A stretch of 64,000 nucleotides of DNA from assembly GCA_020632095.1 (NCBI GenBank), contig JACKGF010000001.1:930713-994712 (forward strand), in the 5' to 3' direction. This DNA comes from Candidatus Nomurabacteria bacterium (GTDB lineage: Bacteria; Patescibacteriota; Minisyncoccia; Phycocordibacterales; UBA918). Positions 48,523-56,649 of this stretch are shown here, one piece after another (positions within the stretch are counted from its first letter, which is position 1; each line of letters opens with the position of its first letter). Under the pieces are notes generated by a model. That model saw only the letters and a list, made by a program, of their open reading frames with translations, was not told the DNA's origin and did no database searches. The translations under genes were made by a program, and so were the position numbers.

Positions 48523-49812
48523 ATGAAATTTTTCACAGCTGTATTTATTTTAAGTTTTTTGCTTAGTGGTAATCAAGCTTTTGCATTAATGGCAGCTCCT
48601 CCGATAGATGACTCTAGTTTACCTAGGGCTCCACAGTTGCCTGCTCAAAGACCAGAAAGTGTCCCTGTTCAACCTCTCAATAATTTTCCAGAAACTACTC
48701 CTTTTCAAAATTTTATTTTTGTACCAGCTGTTCCTATAGTTGTACCAACAGTGGTTGCACTACCGATTGATGAAGGGCTGTTTTTAGGTAGTCAGTTTTT
48801 GGTTAGGGAAAAGGAGACTGGTGCGATAATCGGGTCTTACTATAAGCGTGTGTATACAGCTGAGGAGCAACGGGTGACGGTGGTAACTACTCCTCCTGTG
48901 CCAAACACACAATTTTTAGTTGATAAAAATTCAAACACTAGTGTAGATTTTGATTTACCGGAAGATAATAATGGGAGTGTAAAAATTAGTATTGTGGTAC
49001 CGGAAGGGGTGACTACTTCTGAGTTAAGGTTCAATTTAGCACCAAATGTTTCGAATCCAAATACTGTTACTGTCCAGGCGCAGACTAGTAACGGACTTAA
49101 AACAGTCGTTGCCACTACTCAAGTTTACGGTTCTTCGGTTAAGTTTCCAGAAACTACAGCCAACTATTTTGAAGTAACTTTTACTTATGTACAACCCCTT
49201 AGAATTTCAGAGATTTCTTTAATTCCTAAAATCGTTAATCAATCAGTTGATCAAACCTTGCGATTTTTAGCACAACCGATGATGTCATACGAAGTCTTTC
49301 TCAACGCTGATAGTTCAGTGTCAGTTACGTCATCGGAAGCCGGTAATTTGACCAAAGATGAAGGGGTACTATTGTTGGATCGATACCCTGCTCAGACCAA
49401 TATGTTTTACATTCCAGCAGACGTTGATTCTGATGGCGTCCGTGATACTTTAGATAATTGTGTTAAAACTTTCAATCCTAAGCAAGAAGACATAGATCGT
49501 AATGGCCGAGGGGATGCTTGTGAGGATTTTGATCGAGATGGGTACATGAATAACGTTGATAATTGTCCTAATAATCCAAACTATAATCAGCGTGATGAAG
49601 ATGGAGATGGAATCGGTGACGTTTGTGATAGTGAAGAAAGTCGTTTTACCGAAAGAAACAAATGGGTGCCGTGGGTAGGTATCGGAATGGCAGCGCTTGT
49701 GATTTTAATCTTATTCACACTAGTTGCTACCAGTACCAGAAGAAAGGAGGGTGAAGCAGAGGATGTTCCAGACTTAGATTCTGAAGGAGGTTCAGAGAGG
49801 GAAGGAGATTAG
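48523..49812 (+). CDS. secreted protein with thrombospondin type-3 (Ca-binding DxDxDGxxDxxD) repeats and C-terminal TM anchor
   Basis: Signal peptide MKFFTAVFILSFLLSGNQAFA; repeats DSDGVRDTLDNC, DRNGRGDACEDFDRDGYMNNVDNC, DEDGDGIGDVCD; start moved to ATG 48523. Confidence 0.6.
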   Translation: MKFFTAVFILSFLLSGNQAFALMAAPPIDDSSLPRAPQLPAQRPESVPVQPLNNFPETTPFQNFIFVPAVPIVVPTVVALPIDEGLFLGSQFLVREKETGAIIGSYYKRVYTAEEQRVTVVTTPPVPNTQFLVDKNSNTSVDFDLPEDNNGSVKISIVVPEGVTTSELRFNLAPNVSNPNTVTVQAQTSNGLKTVVATTQVYGSSVKFPETTANYFEVTFTYVQPLRISEISLIPKIVNQSVDQTLRFLAQPMMSYEVFLNADSSVSVTSSEAGNLTKDEGVLLLDRYPAQTNMFYIPADVDSDGVRDTLDNCVKTFNPKQEDIDRNGRGDACEDFDRDGYMNNVDNCPNNPNYNQRDEDGDGIGDVCDSEESRFTERNKWVPWVGIGMAALVILILFTLVATSTRRKEGEAEDVPDLDSEGGSEREGD

Positions 49813-49901
49813 TAAGACAGTGCTTCTTCAGAAGAGTTAGAGAACTCAAAGTGTTGCCATAAAGGCGAAGTTTTTGGCTCTGAATATTAGCCAATAAAAA
49901 T

Positions 49902-49936
49902 AGTAAAATACCCGCAACACTAAGTTGCGGGTATTT
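49902..49936 (+). terminator. rho-independent terminator
   Basis: acccgcaacactaagttgcgggt hairpin plus T-run. Confidence 0.6.
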
Positions 49937-49984
49937 TTGTAGCCTAGGCTAATGTTTGATTTAATTTTTTGTTCAAATTAATAA

Positions 49985-50281
49985 TCAGACATGCATGAAC
50001 ACTTCTGCAAAAGGGTCTAAAACCAGCTGTATTTCTCTACTGTCTAAATACCTGGCTGACATCCGCCAGTAATCTGATGAACCGTCTGGTGGATAGAGCC
50101 AATAATCATGGCTATCTCTATGAAGTTCAAAGCGTTTAGTTGTCTCGTCCCAAATTACTGGACAAGATTTCACTTCGTCTGGTGCAAATATGTGGTTTGC
50201 AATTTTCTGAGCAAATCTAACTCTCTGCTCAGGGGTTATAAGGTTTGACTTAAGTGTACTTGGTACAAAATTCACATCCAT
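49985..50281 (-). CDS. hypothetical protein
   Basis: 98 aa ORF at the edge of the ssrA-associated region. Confidence 0.35.
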   Translation of the reverse strand: MDVNFVPSTLKSNLITPEQRVRFAQKIANHIFAPDEVKSCPVIWDETTKRFELHRDSHDYWLYPPDGSSDYWRMSARYLDSREIQLVLDPFAEVFMHV

Positions 50282-50770
50282 TCTTATTTTCTCCAGTCAA
50301 AAAACATTTCAACCTATAGTAAAGATTATTTAATCACACAAGTCAATCATAGGTTAGGTCATTTAAATTTTTGAAACGGATAGAATATTGAATGATAACA
50401 AATTCATGTTTTGTTTCTTTTTTGTTTCTTGTGAATTGAATTGTAAAAAACGGCCCGGTGTTTATTCCGGGCCGAGGTTGACATTGCTTAGACGCCAAAA
50501 TTTTGCTTAGTTAGGCGATCGATGGTGCCATCACCCCACATTTTCAACAAAACGGCGTTAAAAGTTTCCCGCAGATTGCCAGGTGTATCGGTTTCATCAC
50601 AAGAGTTTTGCAATCTGAACGGCGTTTAGGGTCGCACCCTTCAGTACTTAGTCGCCTACGACCCAGATAATCACAAAGCCACCGCTCTGTTGAGCGGTGG
50701 CTTTGTGATTTCAAGTCCTAAAAAGTTTCTTTAGCCCGAAATACTAAATATTGAGAATGAAATAGACACT

Positions 50771-51133
50771 TTGCTTAGCAGAGTTACCAAGACAGAAAAC
50801 CAAAGCCTAATAAAAATATATGAAGATAAGATTACTAGTGCGCAAAGGAAAAAAGTAAAGCTACAGAATAGTAAGACCATTAGCAAAAGAACCAAAGAAG
50901 AATTTAGAACCGCCTTAGATGAGGTGATGGGTTGTGTTAAAAGCCCTTACAATACATGGCTGAATGGAGGCTTTAACGACAAAAGACTAGTATTATTACT
51001 AGTCTTTGTCGAGCCTATTGTATATAGCGTAGAAAATGGATTTAGAACCACAAATCCGTCGCATATTTTAAGGTTGTTTGAGGATTTTGTGTTTACAAAC
51101 TCCCAAGATGTGGAAGACTTTGCACCAAGTTAG
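50771..51133 (+). pseudogene. C-terminal fragment of a large serine recombinase (paralogous to 56627-58243)
   Basis: LNGGFNDKRLVLLLVFVEPIVYSVENGFRTTNPSHILRLFEDFVFTNSQDVE aligns with the last 60 aa of the intact recombinase (WDSDSLDDKRLVIKLVF...VIRLFERIRATNSQDVE); no catalytic domain present. Confidence 0.6.
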
Positions 51134-51191
51134 AACCTGTTTGATTGAAATGGAGTGTGCAAATTTTCTTAAGGTAGTTGACTTGTGGTGA

Positions 51192-51467
51192 TTATTTCAT
51201 TGAAACCTGCAGTGATAGATCAAGTGCTTTTGCAATTTTGTGTAGTGTTTGTAGGGAAGGGTTACCTTCGCCTCGTTCGAGTCTAGAAATAACTGGCTGA
51301 CGGCTACCAACAGCCTCTGCGAGTTGTGTCTGAGACCAGCCACGCTTAATACGTTGGTTGATGATAGTTTTAACCACTTCATACTCAGGTTCAAGAGCAT
51401 CGTATTCAGCTTTCACTGCGGGGTTCTTGAGAGCCTTGTTTTTAAATTGGTTGAATGTAGTTGTCAT
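51192..51467 (-). CDS. HTH-XRE antitoxin (HigA-like)
   Basis: RGWSQTQLAEAVGSRQPVISRLERGEGNPSLQTLHKIAKAL helix-turn-helix; downstream partner of the toxin gene. Confidence 0.65.
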   Translation of the reverse strand: MTTTFNQFKNKALKNPAVKAEYDALEPEYEVVKTIINQRIKRGWSQTQLAEAVGSRQPVISRLERGEGNPSLQTLHKIAKALDLSLQVSMK

Positions 51468-51493
51468 GAGTTAAATATAACTTATAAGTTATA

Positions 51494-51799
51494 TTACTGC
51501 AAGTTTTCTTTTGTTTCCCGTGCTCTTGTCAGTTCCTTCTCTAGGGTCCTTTGAGTTTTCTTTATACAGGAGTGCAGTAGGACGGCTTTATTTTTATGGA
51601 AACAGTAGAATATTCTGATTTCTCGTTTACCTCGAATACGCAGTTCTAACAAACCATCATCCATATGTCTACTGTGAGGCATTCCCAATTTATTTCCAAA
51701 TTCTTCCAATAGTTCAATAGTACGAATGACTTTAGCGATTTCTTTCTCATTCAGTTTTTCAATAAATGTTTCAACTGAATTTAGTAGATCAATTTGCAT
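51494..51799 (-). CDS. HigB/Gp49-like (RelE superfamily) toxin
   Basis: KVIRTIELLEEFGNKLGMPHSRHMDDGLLELRIRGKREIRIFYCFH matches Gp49-like addiction-module killer proteins; toxin-then-antitoxin order. Confidence 0.6.
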   Translation of the reverse strand: MQIDLLNSVETFIEKLNEKEIAKVIRTIELLEEFGNKLGMPHSRHMDDGLLELRIRGKREIRIFYCFHKNKAVLLHSCIKKTQRTLEKELTRARETKENLQ

Positions 51800-51880
51800 G
51801 TATTCAGTATAGCAAAATAAAAAACCTACTCAAAAGTAAGTTTTTTATTCTTCCATATATTTCTATGTTTATGTGGAGAT

Positions 51881-51897
51881 GGGGGGATGAACCTGAC
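51881..51897. repeat. 17-bp direct repeat ATGTGGAGATGGGGGGA (copy of ssrA 3' end plus recombinase stop-proximal codons); distal att-like junction
   Basis: Identical 17-mer at 58182-58198; similarity extends with a 2-bp indel (ggggggaTGAACC vs ggggggaatTGAACC). Confidence 0.7.
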
Positions 51898-51994
51898 GGT
51901 TACTAAGCTATTTTTCTTCACTGCGTTCGAAAACTAGCAAGTGCCGCGGGTCACGCCTCATTCGTTCGTCATTCTTCCTCACATCATTCTGGCG

Positions 51995-52037
51995 GTTCAA
52001 TTCCCACGTGAAGCGCGCAGGCGCTTCACTCCCATCT
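51995..52037 (+). other. inverted ssrA-3'-end-like fragment (GGTTCAATTCCC...CCCATCTCCACCA) with 25-nt hairpin insertion
   Basis: 12/12 match to T-loop region and 12/12 to acceptor 3' strand of the minus-strand ssrA, but on the plus strand, ending in CCA, with gtgaagcgc-gcag-gcgcttcac inserted. Confidence 0.5.
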
Positions 52038-52304
52038 CCACCAAAAAACAAAAAACGTCCAAAAGGACGTTAATGTTTTAAAAGTGGACATAGCTAAAAA
52101 CGAGTGGAACCAAATAGAAAGCTACATATTCGAGTCGTACCATATGATACAGGGGCTAAAAATGCGAGATATAGCAACGGTATCATAATGAATTAGTACC
52201 ACAGTGTAGTAATAGAAACACTAGAACAAAAAGAAAAAAGAATTTCATTTATCCGGATAACTACTATAGGGGCATGTGCTCATTCGTTGTAGAATTGAAA
52301 TAAC

Positions 52305-53366
52305 ATGAAAAAGAAACCTAGTTCATTGAAAGCTGTTGACTTCTTCTGTTCTGGAGGAGGAATGACAAATGGTTTAATTCAAGCTGGTATTGAGGTAGTT
52401 GCTGGTATCGATAATGACCCAATTTGTAAGGAAACGTATGAGGCGAACAACCCAGGAGCAGAATTTATACTAGAAGACGTCTTTGATCTTGAGGAGAAAA
52501 AACTTGCTAAGAAACTAGACTTAAAAAAGAATGATGACGATCTTATCCTGATAGGATGTAGCCCATGTCAGTTTTGGTCAATCATCCAGACTGACAAAAC
52601 AAAATCTGAAAAATCGAAGAATCTATTAATCGAATTTCAAAGGTTTGTTAAATACTTTAACCCAGGTTATGTACTGGTTGAGAATGTGCCGGGTATATTA
52701 AATCGAAAAGAGGAGAGTGGCTTGAAAAAGTTTGTCGATGATCTGGAGAATGATAGTTATGTGGTTCACTACGATATCGTAAACATGAACGATTATGGAG
52801 TGCCACAAGCAAGGCGCAGATTTTCTCTGATCGCTACACGATTACAAGATGTTCCTATAAAGTTAAGTCCGAAAAAGAAAAAACTAACACTTCGTGACGT
52901 TCTTGGTGAAGCTAATGGATTTCCAAAAATTGGACCCGGTCATGTAGACAAAAGTAGTCTTCAGCACTCAACAGCAAAGCTGACTGAAATAAATGTAAAA
53001 AGATTAAAGAAGACTAGGAAGAATGGTGGGTCTTGGCTTGATTGGGCAGATGATCCAGAACTAAAAAGAAAGTCTTATCGAGGTAAAGATTTCAAAGATA
53101 ATTATGGACGTATGAGTTGGGATAAGCCAGCCCCAACAATAACCACAAAATACATCAGTGTTTCTAATGGTAGATTTGCCCACCCAGATGAGAACAGGGG
53201 AATTTCAGTAAGAGAAGGTGCAACAATCCAAACTTTTCCTAAAAACTATGAATTCCGCACAGCATCTATTGCGTCAGCCGCAAAAATTGTTGGCAATGCT
53301 GTTCCCCCTGCCTTTGCAAAAACACTCGGAAAGAGTATTGTAAAGGCACATGCCACAAGAAAATGA
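52305..53366 (+). CDS. dcm: DNA (cytosine-5)-methyltransferase
   Basis: Motif I FFCSGGGMTNG, motif IV GCSPCQFWS, motif VI ENVPGIL, conserved C-terminal QTFP...GNAVPP. Confidence 0.85.
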   Translation: MKKKPSSLKAVDFFCSGGGMTNGLIQAGIEVVAGIDNDPICKETYEANNPGAEFILEDVFDLEEKKLAKKLDLKKNDDDLILIGCSPCQFWSIIQTDKTKSEKSKNLLIEFQRFVKYFNPGYVLVENVPGILNRKEESGLKKFVDDLENDSYVVHYDIVNMNDYGVPQARRRFSLIATRLQDVPIKLSPKKKKLTLRDVLGEANGFPKIGPGHVDKSSLQHSTAKLTEINVKRLKKTRKNGGSWLDWADDPELKRKSYRGKDFKDNYGRMSWDKPAPTITTKYISVSNGRFAHPDENRGISVREGATIQTFPKNYEFRTASIASAAKIVGNAVPPAFAKTLGKSIVKAHATRK

Positions 53367-55005
53367 GCCACTAAAAATGTCTTTCGATCCTAATACGATC
53401 GAACATTTGGGTGTGCGAATGTACTCAACTATACCTCCAGTCTTGGCGGAGCTTATTGCAAATTCTTATGATGCTAATGCCAAAGAAGTGCATATACAGC
53501 TGAACGACACTGACAGTAAAGAAATCATTGTTTCCGATAATGGTCATGGAATGAGCAAAGAGGATATTAATGGAAAATTCCTTCGCATTGGTAGGAATAG
53601 AAGAGACGGAGGTGATACTGCAGAGGAGGGTAGCAGGAAGCCAATTGGAAAGAAGGGACTAGGTAAGCTTTCTTTCTTTGGTATCGCAGATGAAATCGAA
53701 GTTGTTACAGTTCGAAATAATCTCAAGAATGTCTTCTTGATGAAATGGGATGATATAAAAAATACTGAAGACGGAAAGAATTATGAGCCGACAGTAATTG
53801 TTGATAATGAGTCAACAGAAGAGGAGAATGGAACTTCCATTGTTTTAAAAAACATACGGCGCACTAGTGATTTTGTGGCGCAAGACCTCGCTGTGTCGTT
53901 GTCGAAGGTCTTTGTTGTAGACAAAACATTTGGAATTTTTGTCAGACGCAATGAAGAAGATCCTGTTCAGGTAGATAACAAGATGAAATATGATGGTCTC
54001 AATGTAGAGGTTGAGTGGAATGTGCCATCTGACGTGTCTCTAGAGTCAGAATACCCTAATAAGGGAGATGTTACTGGGCACTTGATTTCAACAGAAAAGC
54101 CGATTTCCCCGCAGACGAATATGCGAGGAATAACACTTTTCTCTAGAAACAAGATGGTTAATTTGCCAGAATATTTTTCTGACAGTACTTCCAGTCACTT
54201 TTACTCGTATCTTACCGGGGAGCTACATGTTGATTTTATTGATGAGCTTGATGAAGATGTTATCGGAACTGATAGACAGTCTCTCAATTGGGGTCAGCCA
54301 GAAATGACCGAGCTAAGAGATTACTTACGTTCACTGATGAATTGGCTCGAAAGAGACTGGCGTACAAAAAGAGAAACAAAGAGACAGGAGAAACTAGATA
54401 AACAGCTAGGTATTAAAACTGACGAATGGTTTGGAACAATGCCTGATGATATAAGAGCCCAAGCCGAGACGATCGTTAAAGCAATTGTTAAGGACTCAGA
54501 ATTACCAGAAGAAATCGGATCTGCAGCCGTAAAAAGTTTTCATGCTCTCGTGCCAGAGTATCCTAAATACTATTGGCGACACCTGCATGATGAGGTTAAG
54601 GATGCATCTAGTGAATATTATCAATCAGGCGATTATTACCATGCGTTTATTGAAGCTTCAAAGAGATACGTAAATGCAGTTAGAGCAAAAGCTGTAAGGA
54701 CAACACGTGATGAGCGTGCACTTATGCAAGAAGTATTCCCAGAAGCAAGTCCTATCTTGTCGGTGACCGAAGGTTACCTAAAGCCAGATGGTAATGAATT
54801 TACGGCAGATACATTGAAAAACATCCGGGTGGCTCAACAAATGTTCTCTGAAGGTGTAATCTGCGGAGGTAGACATCCGATATCTCATGAAGAAATCGTT
54901 GACTTACGTGAGTCGGAATTATTTACAGAAAAGGATTGTTTAGACGCCCTAAGTCTTTTGTCGCATCTGTTCTGGAGACTCGAACATTCAACGAAGATGC
55001 GGTAA
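53350..55005 (+). CDS. GHKL-family (HATPase_c, MORC/MutL-like) ATPase with alpha-helical C-terminal domain carrying an Rx4H (HEPN-like) motif
   Basis: N-box ELIANSYDA, G1 DNGHGM, G2 GKKGLGKLSFFG; C-terminus GGRHPISHEE; translationally coupled to dcm (16-nt overlap). Confidence 0.6.
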   Translation: MPQENEPLKMSFDPNTIEHLGVRMYSTIPPVLAELIANSYDANAKEVHIQLNDTDSKEIIVSDNGHGMSKEDINGKFLRIGRNRRDGGDTAEEGSRKPIGKKGLGKLSFFGIADEIEVVTVRNNLKNVFLMKWDDIKNTEDGKNYEPTVIVDNESTEEENGTSIVLKNIRRTSDFVAQDLAVSLSKVFVVDKTFGIFVRRNEEDPVQVDNKMKYDGLNVEVEWNVPSDVSLESEYPNKGDVTGHLISTEKPISPQTNMRGITLFSRNKMVNLPEYFSDSTSSHFYSYLTGELHVDFIDELDEDVIGTDRQSLNWGQPEMTELRDYLRSLMNWLERDWRTKRETKRQEKLDKQLGIKTDEWFGTMPDDIRAQAETIVKAIVKDSELPEEIGSAAVKSFHALVPEYPKYYWRHLHDEVKDASSEYYQSGDYYHAFIEASKRYVNAVRAKAVRTTRDERALMQEVFPEASPILSVTEGYLKPDGNEFTADTLKNIRVAQQMFSEGVICGGRHPISHEEIVDLRESELFTEKDCLDALSLLSHLFWRLEHSTKMR

Positions 55006-55069
55006 GATTACATTATCTCCGCAATGGAGTTACAACACCTAACCCTCGCAAGAGATATGGTGCACAGAA

Positions 55070-55137
55070 TCCCACGCTAGTAGAAACGACCGTATAAGTC
55101 GGCACTTACTAGCGTGGGTTCACATCCGAAAGGATGT
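55070..55137 (+). other. tandem stem-loops downstream of the GHKL gene (12-bp stem cccacgctagta/tactagcgtggg, then cacatccgaaaggatgtg)
   Basis: Seen directly; a third copy of cccacgctaga at 55209-55219. Confidence 0.5.
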
Positions 55138-55222
55138 GGGATAATTCTCGAAAGAGAGTTGTCGTCGGTCTTGTGCGGTCGTTTGTGTACACAGGATCGA
55201 AATTAAAACCCACGCTAGAAAT

Positions 55223-55468
55223 ATGAATATTAAAAAAGTATTAAAGTACTTGGTGATTGTGGTATGTATTGCCATAATCATCTTGTTGCTTGCCGCTTAT
55301 TCCTCTGCTAAATCTGATTATCGAACTGCAGGAAAGCATTGTGACAACTATGCACGAGAGCAGGCAGGATCAAGAGGAGGTATGGTTACGTTGTATGAGC
55401 CATTGTACGTTTCTTGTATGCGATCCAATGGATATCTACTAGATGTCAGAGAAATGGAGTCAAATTAG
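55223..55468 (+). CDS. small membrane-anchored protein
   Basis: 81 aa with N-terminal TM helix. Confidence 0.3.
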   Translation: MNIKKVLKYLVIVVCIAIIILLLAAYSSAKSDYRTAGKHCDNYAREQAGSRGGMVTLYEPLYVSCMRSNGYLLDVREMESN

Positions 55469-55950
55469 GTTGTGTACCACCAAAGAAGAATAGCTAGGAA
55501 TTGATTGTAGAAAGCATGGATCAACAAAGGAATAATCAATGCGAAAGCATAGTACCTCTTCGATTTTAGTCTCACAGCACGATCAAACATGACTGCCATA
55601 GCCACGCCGGCAATTGCGTGCATCCATGGAGTAATTAGACTTGCTGTCCCATTCGGGAACCAGAAGTGGGTCAACTGCTCACCAAAACCATACCCAAGAC
55701 CAATAAATGCGATTGTAAGAGGAATTGCGCCGAGTCTGAGGGTTATGAGCGCAAATACGAATTTGAGCGATTCTTCGAGCAGTGCGCCGTATACAAACAA
55801 GCGCCATGGCACATCAGGGAATTCAAAGCGTAATAGTACTTCAAAGTGTAAAAACATCAGTACTATTCCAGAGACAAATAATGTAAAAGCTTGCAGGTAT
55901 CTTTTCATACAGACAATCATAACTTGAAAACTTGAAAAAATAGACTCCAA
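55465..55950 (-). CDS. small polytopic membrane protein (CPBP-like?)
   Basis: 161 aa, 4-5 TM helices, LLEESLKF and HxxxG-like segments weakly reminiscent of CPBP/Abi proteases. Confidence 0.3.
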   Translation of the reverse strand: MESIFSSFQVMIVCMKRYLQAFTLFVSGIVLMFLHFEVLLRFEFPDVPWRLFVYGALLEESLKFVFALITLRLGAIPLTIAFIGLGYGFGEQLTHFWFPNGTASLITPWMHAIAGVAMAVMFDRAVRLKSKRYYAFALIIPLLIHAFYNQFLAILLWWYTT

Positions 55951-56478
55951 TCAAGTTTAAGTCAGTTGAATTCCTTGAAAAAAATCACTCTATTCAACCA
56001 ACTTACAAACTGAAAAAACTGATTAAAATGTACTTAATCAGTTTCTGTAAACTTTGAAAAGATTGAAAAAAAGAGACTAATTCAATCTCTCCACAAGTAG
56101 ACACAAAAATGACAATTGCTTATTACAAACAGACGTATATACTGAGAGTAACAACTGAATATCTTAAGCTCTAGTGAGAGAAATGTTACTTGATTTGATT
56201 GAATCTGGCTTGGCGAGGCAAAATAATACGTGTGAAGACATTGTCCCTGGTAGTACGCTCTGGGTCGGACAGCATCAGAAAGACTATTTGTAACATCATG
56301 TCTTATCTCACATAAGAGGACGTATGTACTACGTTGAGCGGGTGCCTCTGAGAATCGTCTTGAATGGAAATTCGAGATGGTTCTCAGGGGTATTTTTGTT
56401 GGATTAAAGTCAGCCACACATTGTCCCGCTTTTGTTGGGTAGGTCGAGTGGCTGAACTTACCTAACAAAAGATGGATA

Positions 56479-56649
56479 ATGTTATCGATAGAAGAGTGTC
56501 GCCAGCACCTAAATGATCCAGAGTTAACCGATGAGAAGGTCGAAGAGATTCGTGATGTTCTGTACAGTTTTGCAGAAAGTGCACTAGATAAACACCTGTT
56601 TAGCGGTAGTGTGTCCTTGCAAGACAATGGCGAAGAAAAAACAAATTAA
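56479..56649 (+). CDS. small acidic alpha-helical ORF overlapping the recombinase start (unannotated, 56 aa)
   Basis: MLSIEECRQHLNDPELTDEKVEEIRDVLYSFAESALDKHLFSG...; below the ORF-track cutoff; ends 23 nt into the recombinase gene. Confidence 0.2.
   Translation: MLSIEECRQHLNDPELTDEKVEEIRDVLYSFAESALDKHLFSGSVSLQDNGEEKTN

Noticed and set aside
50646-50661. Treating the 16-mer match to internal ssrA as proof of a second ssrA fragment
   Set aside because: A single exact 16-mer self-match in 64 kb is not strongly improbable by chance; reported only as supporting context
56082-56627. 181-aa minus-strand ORF between the membrane protein and the recombinase
   Set aside because: Ser/Leu/Cys-rich low-complexity translation of an AT-rich intergenic region; no RBS, no motif; the region is more plausibly regulatory
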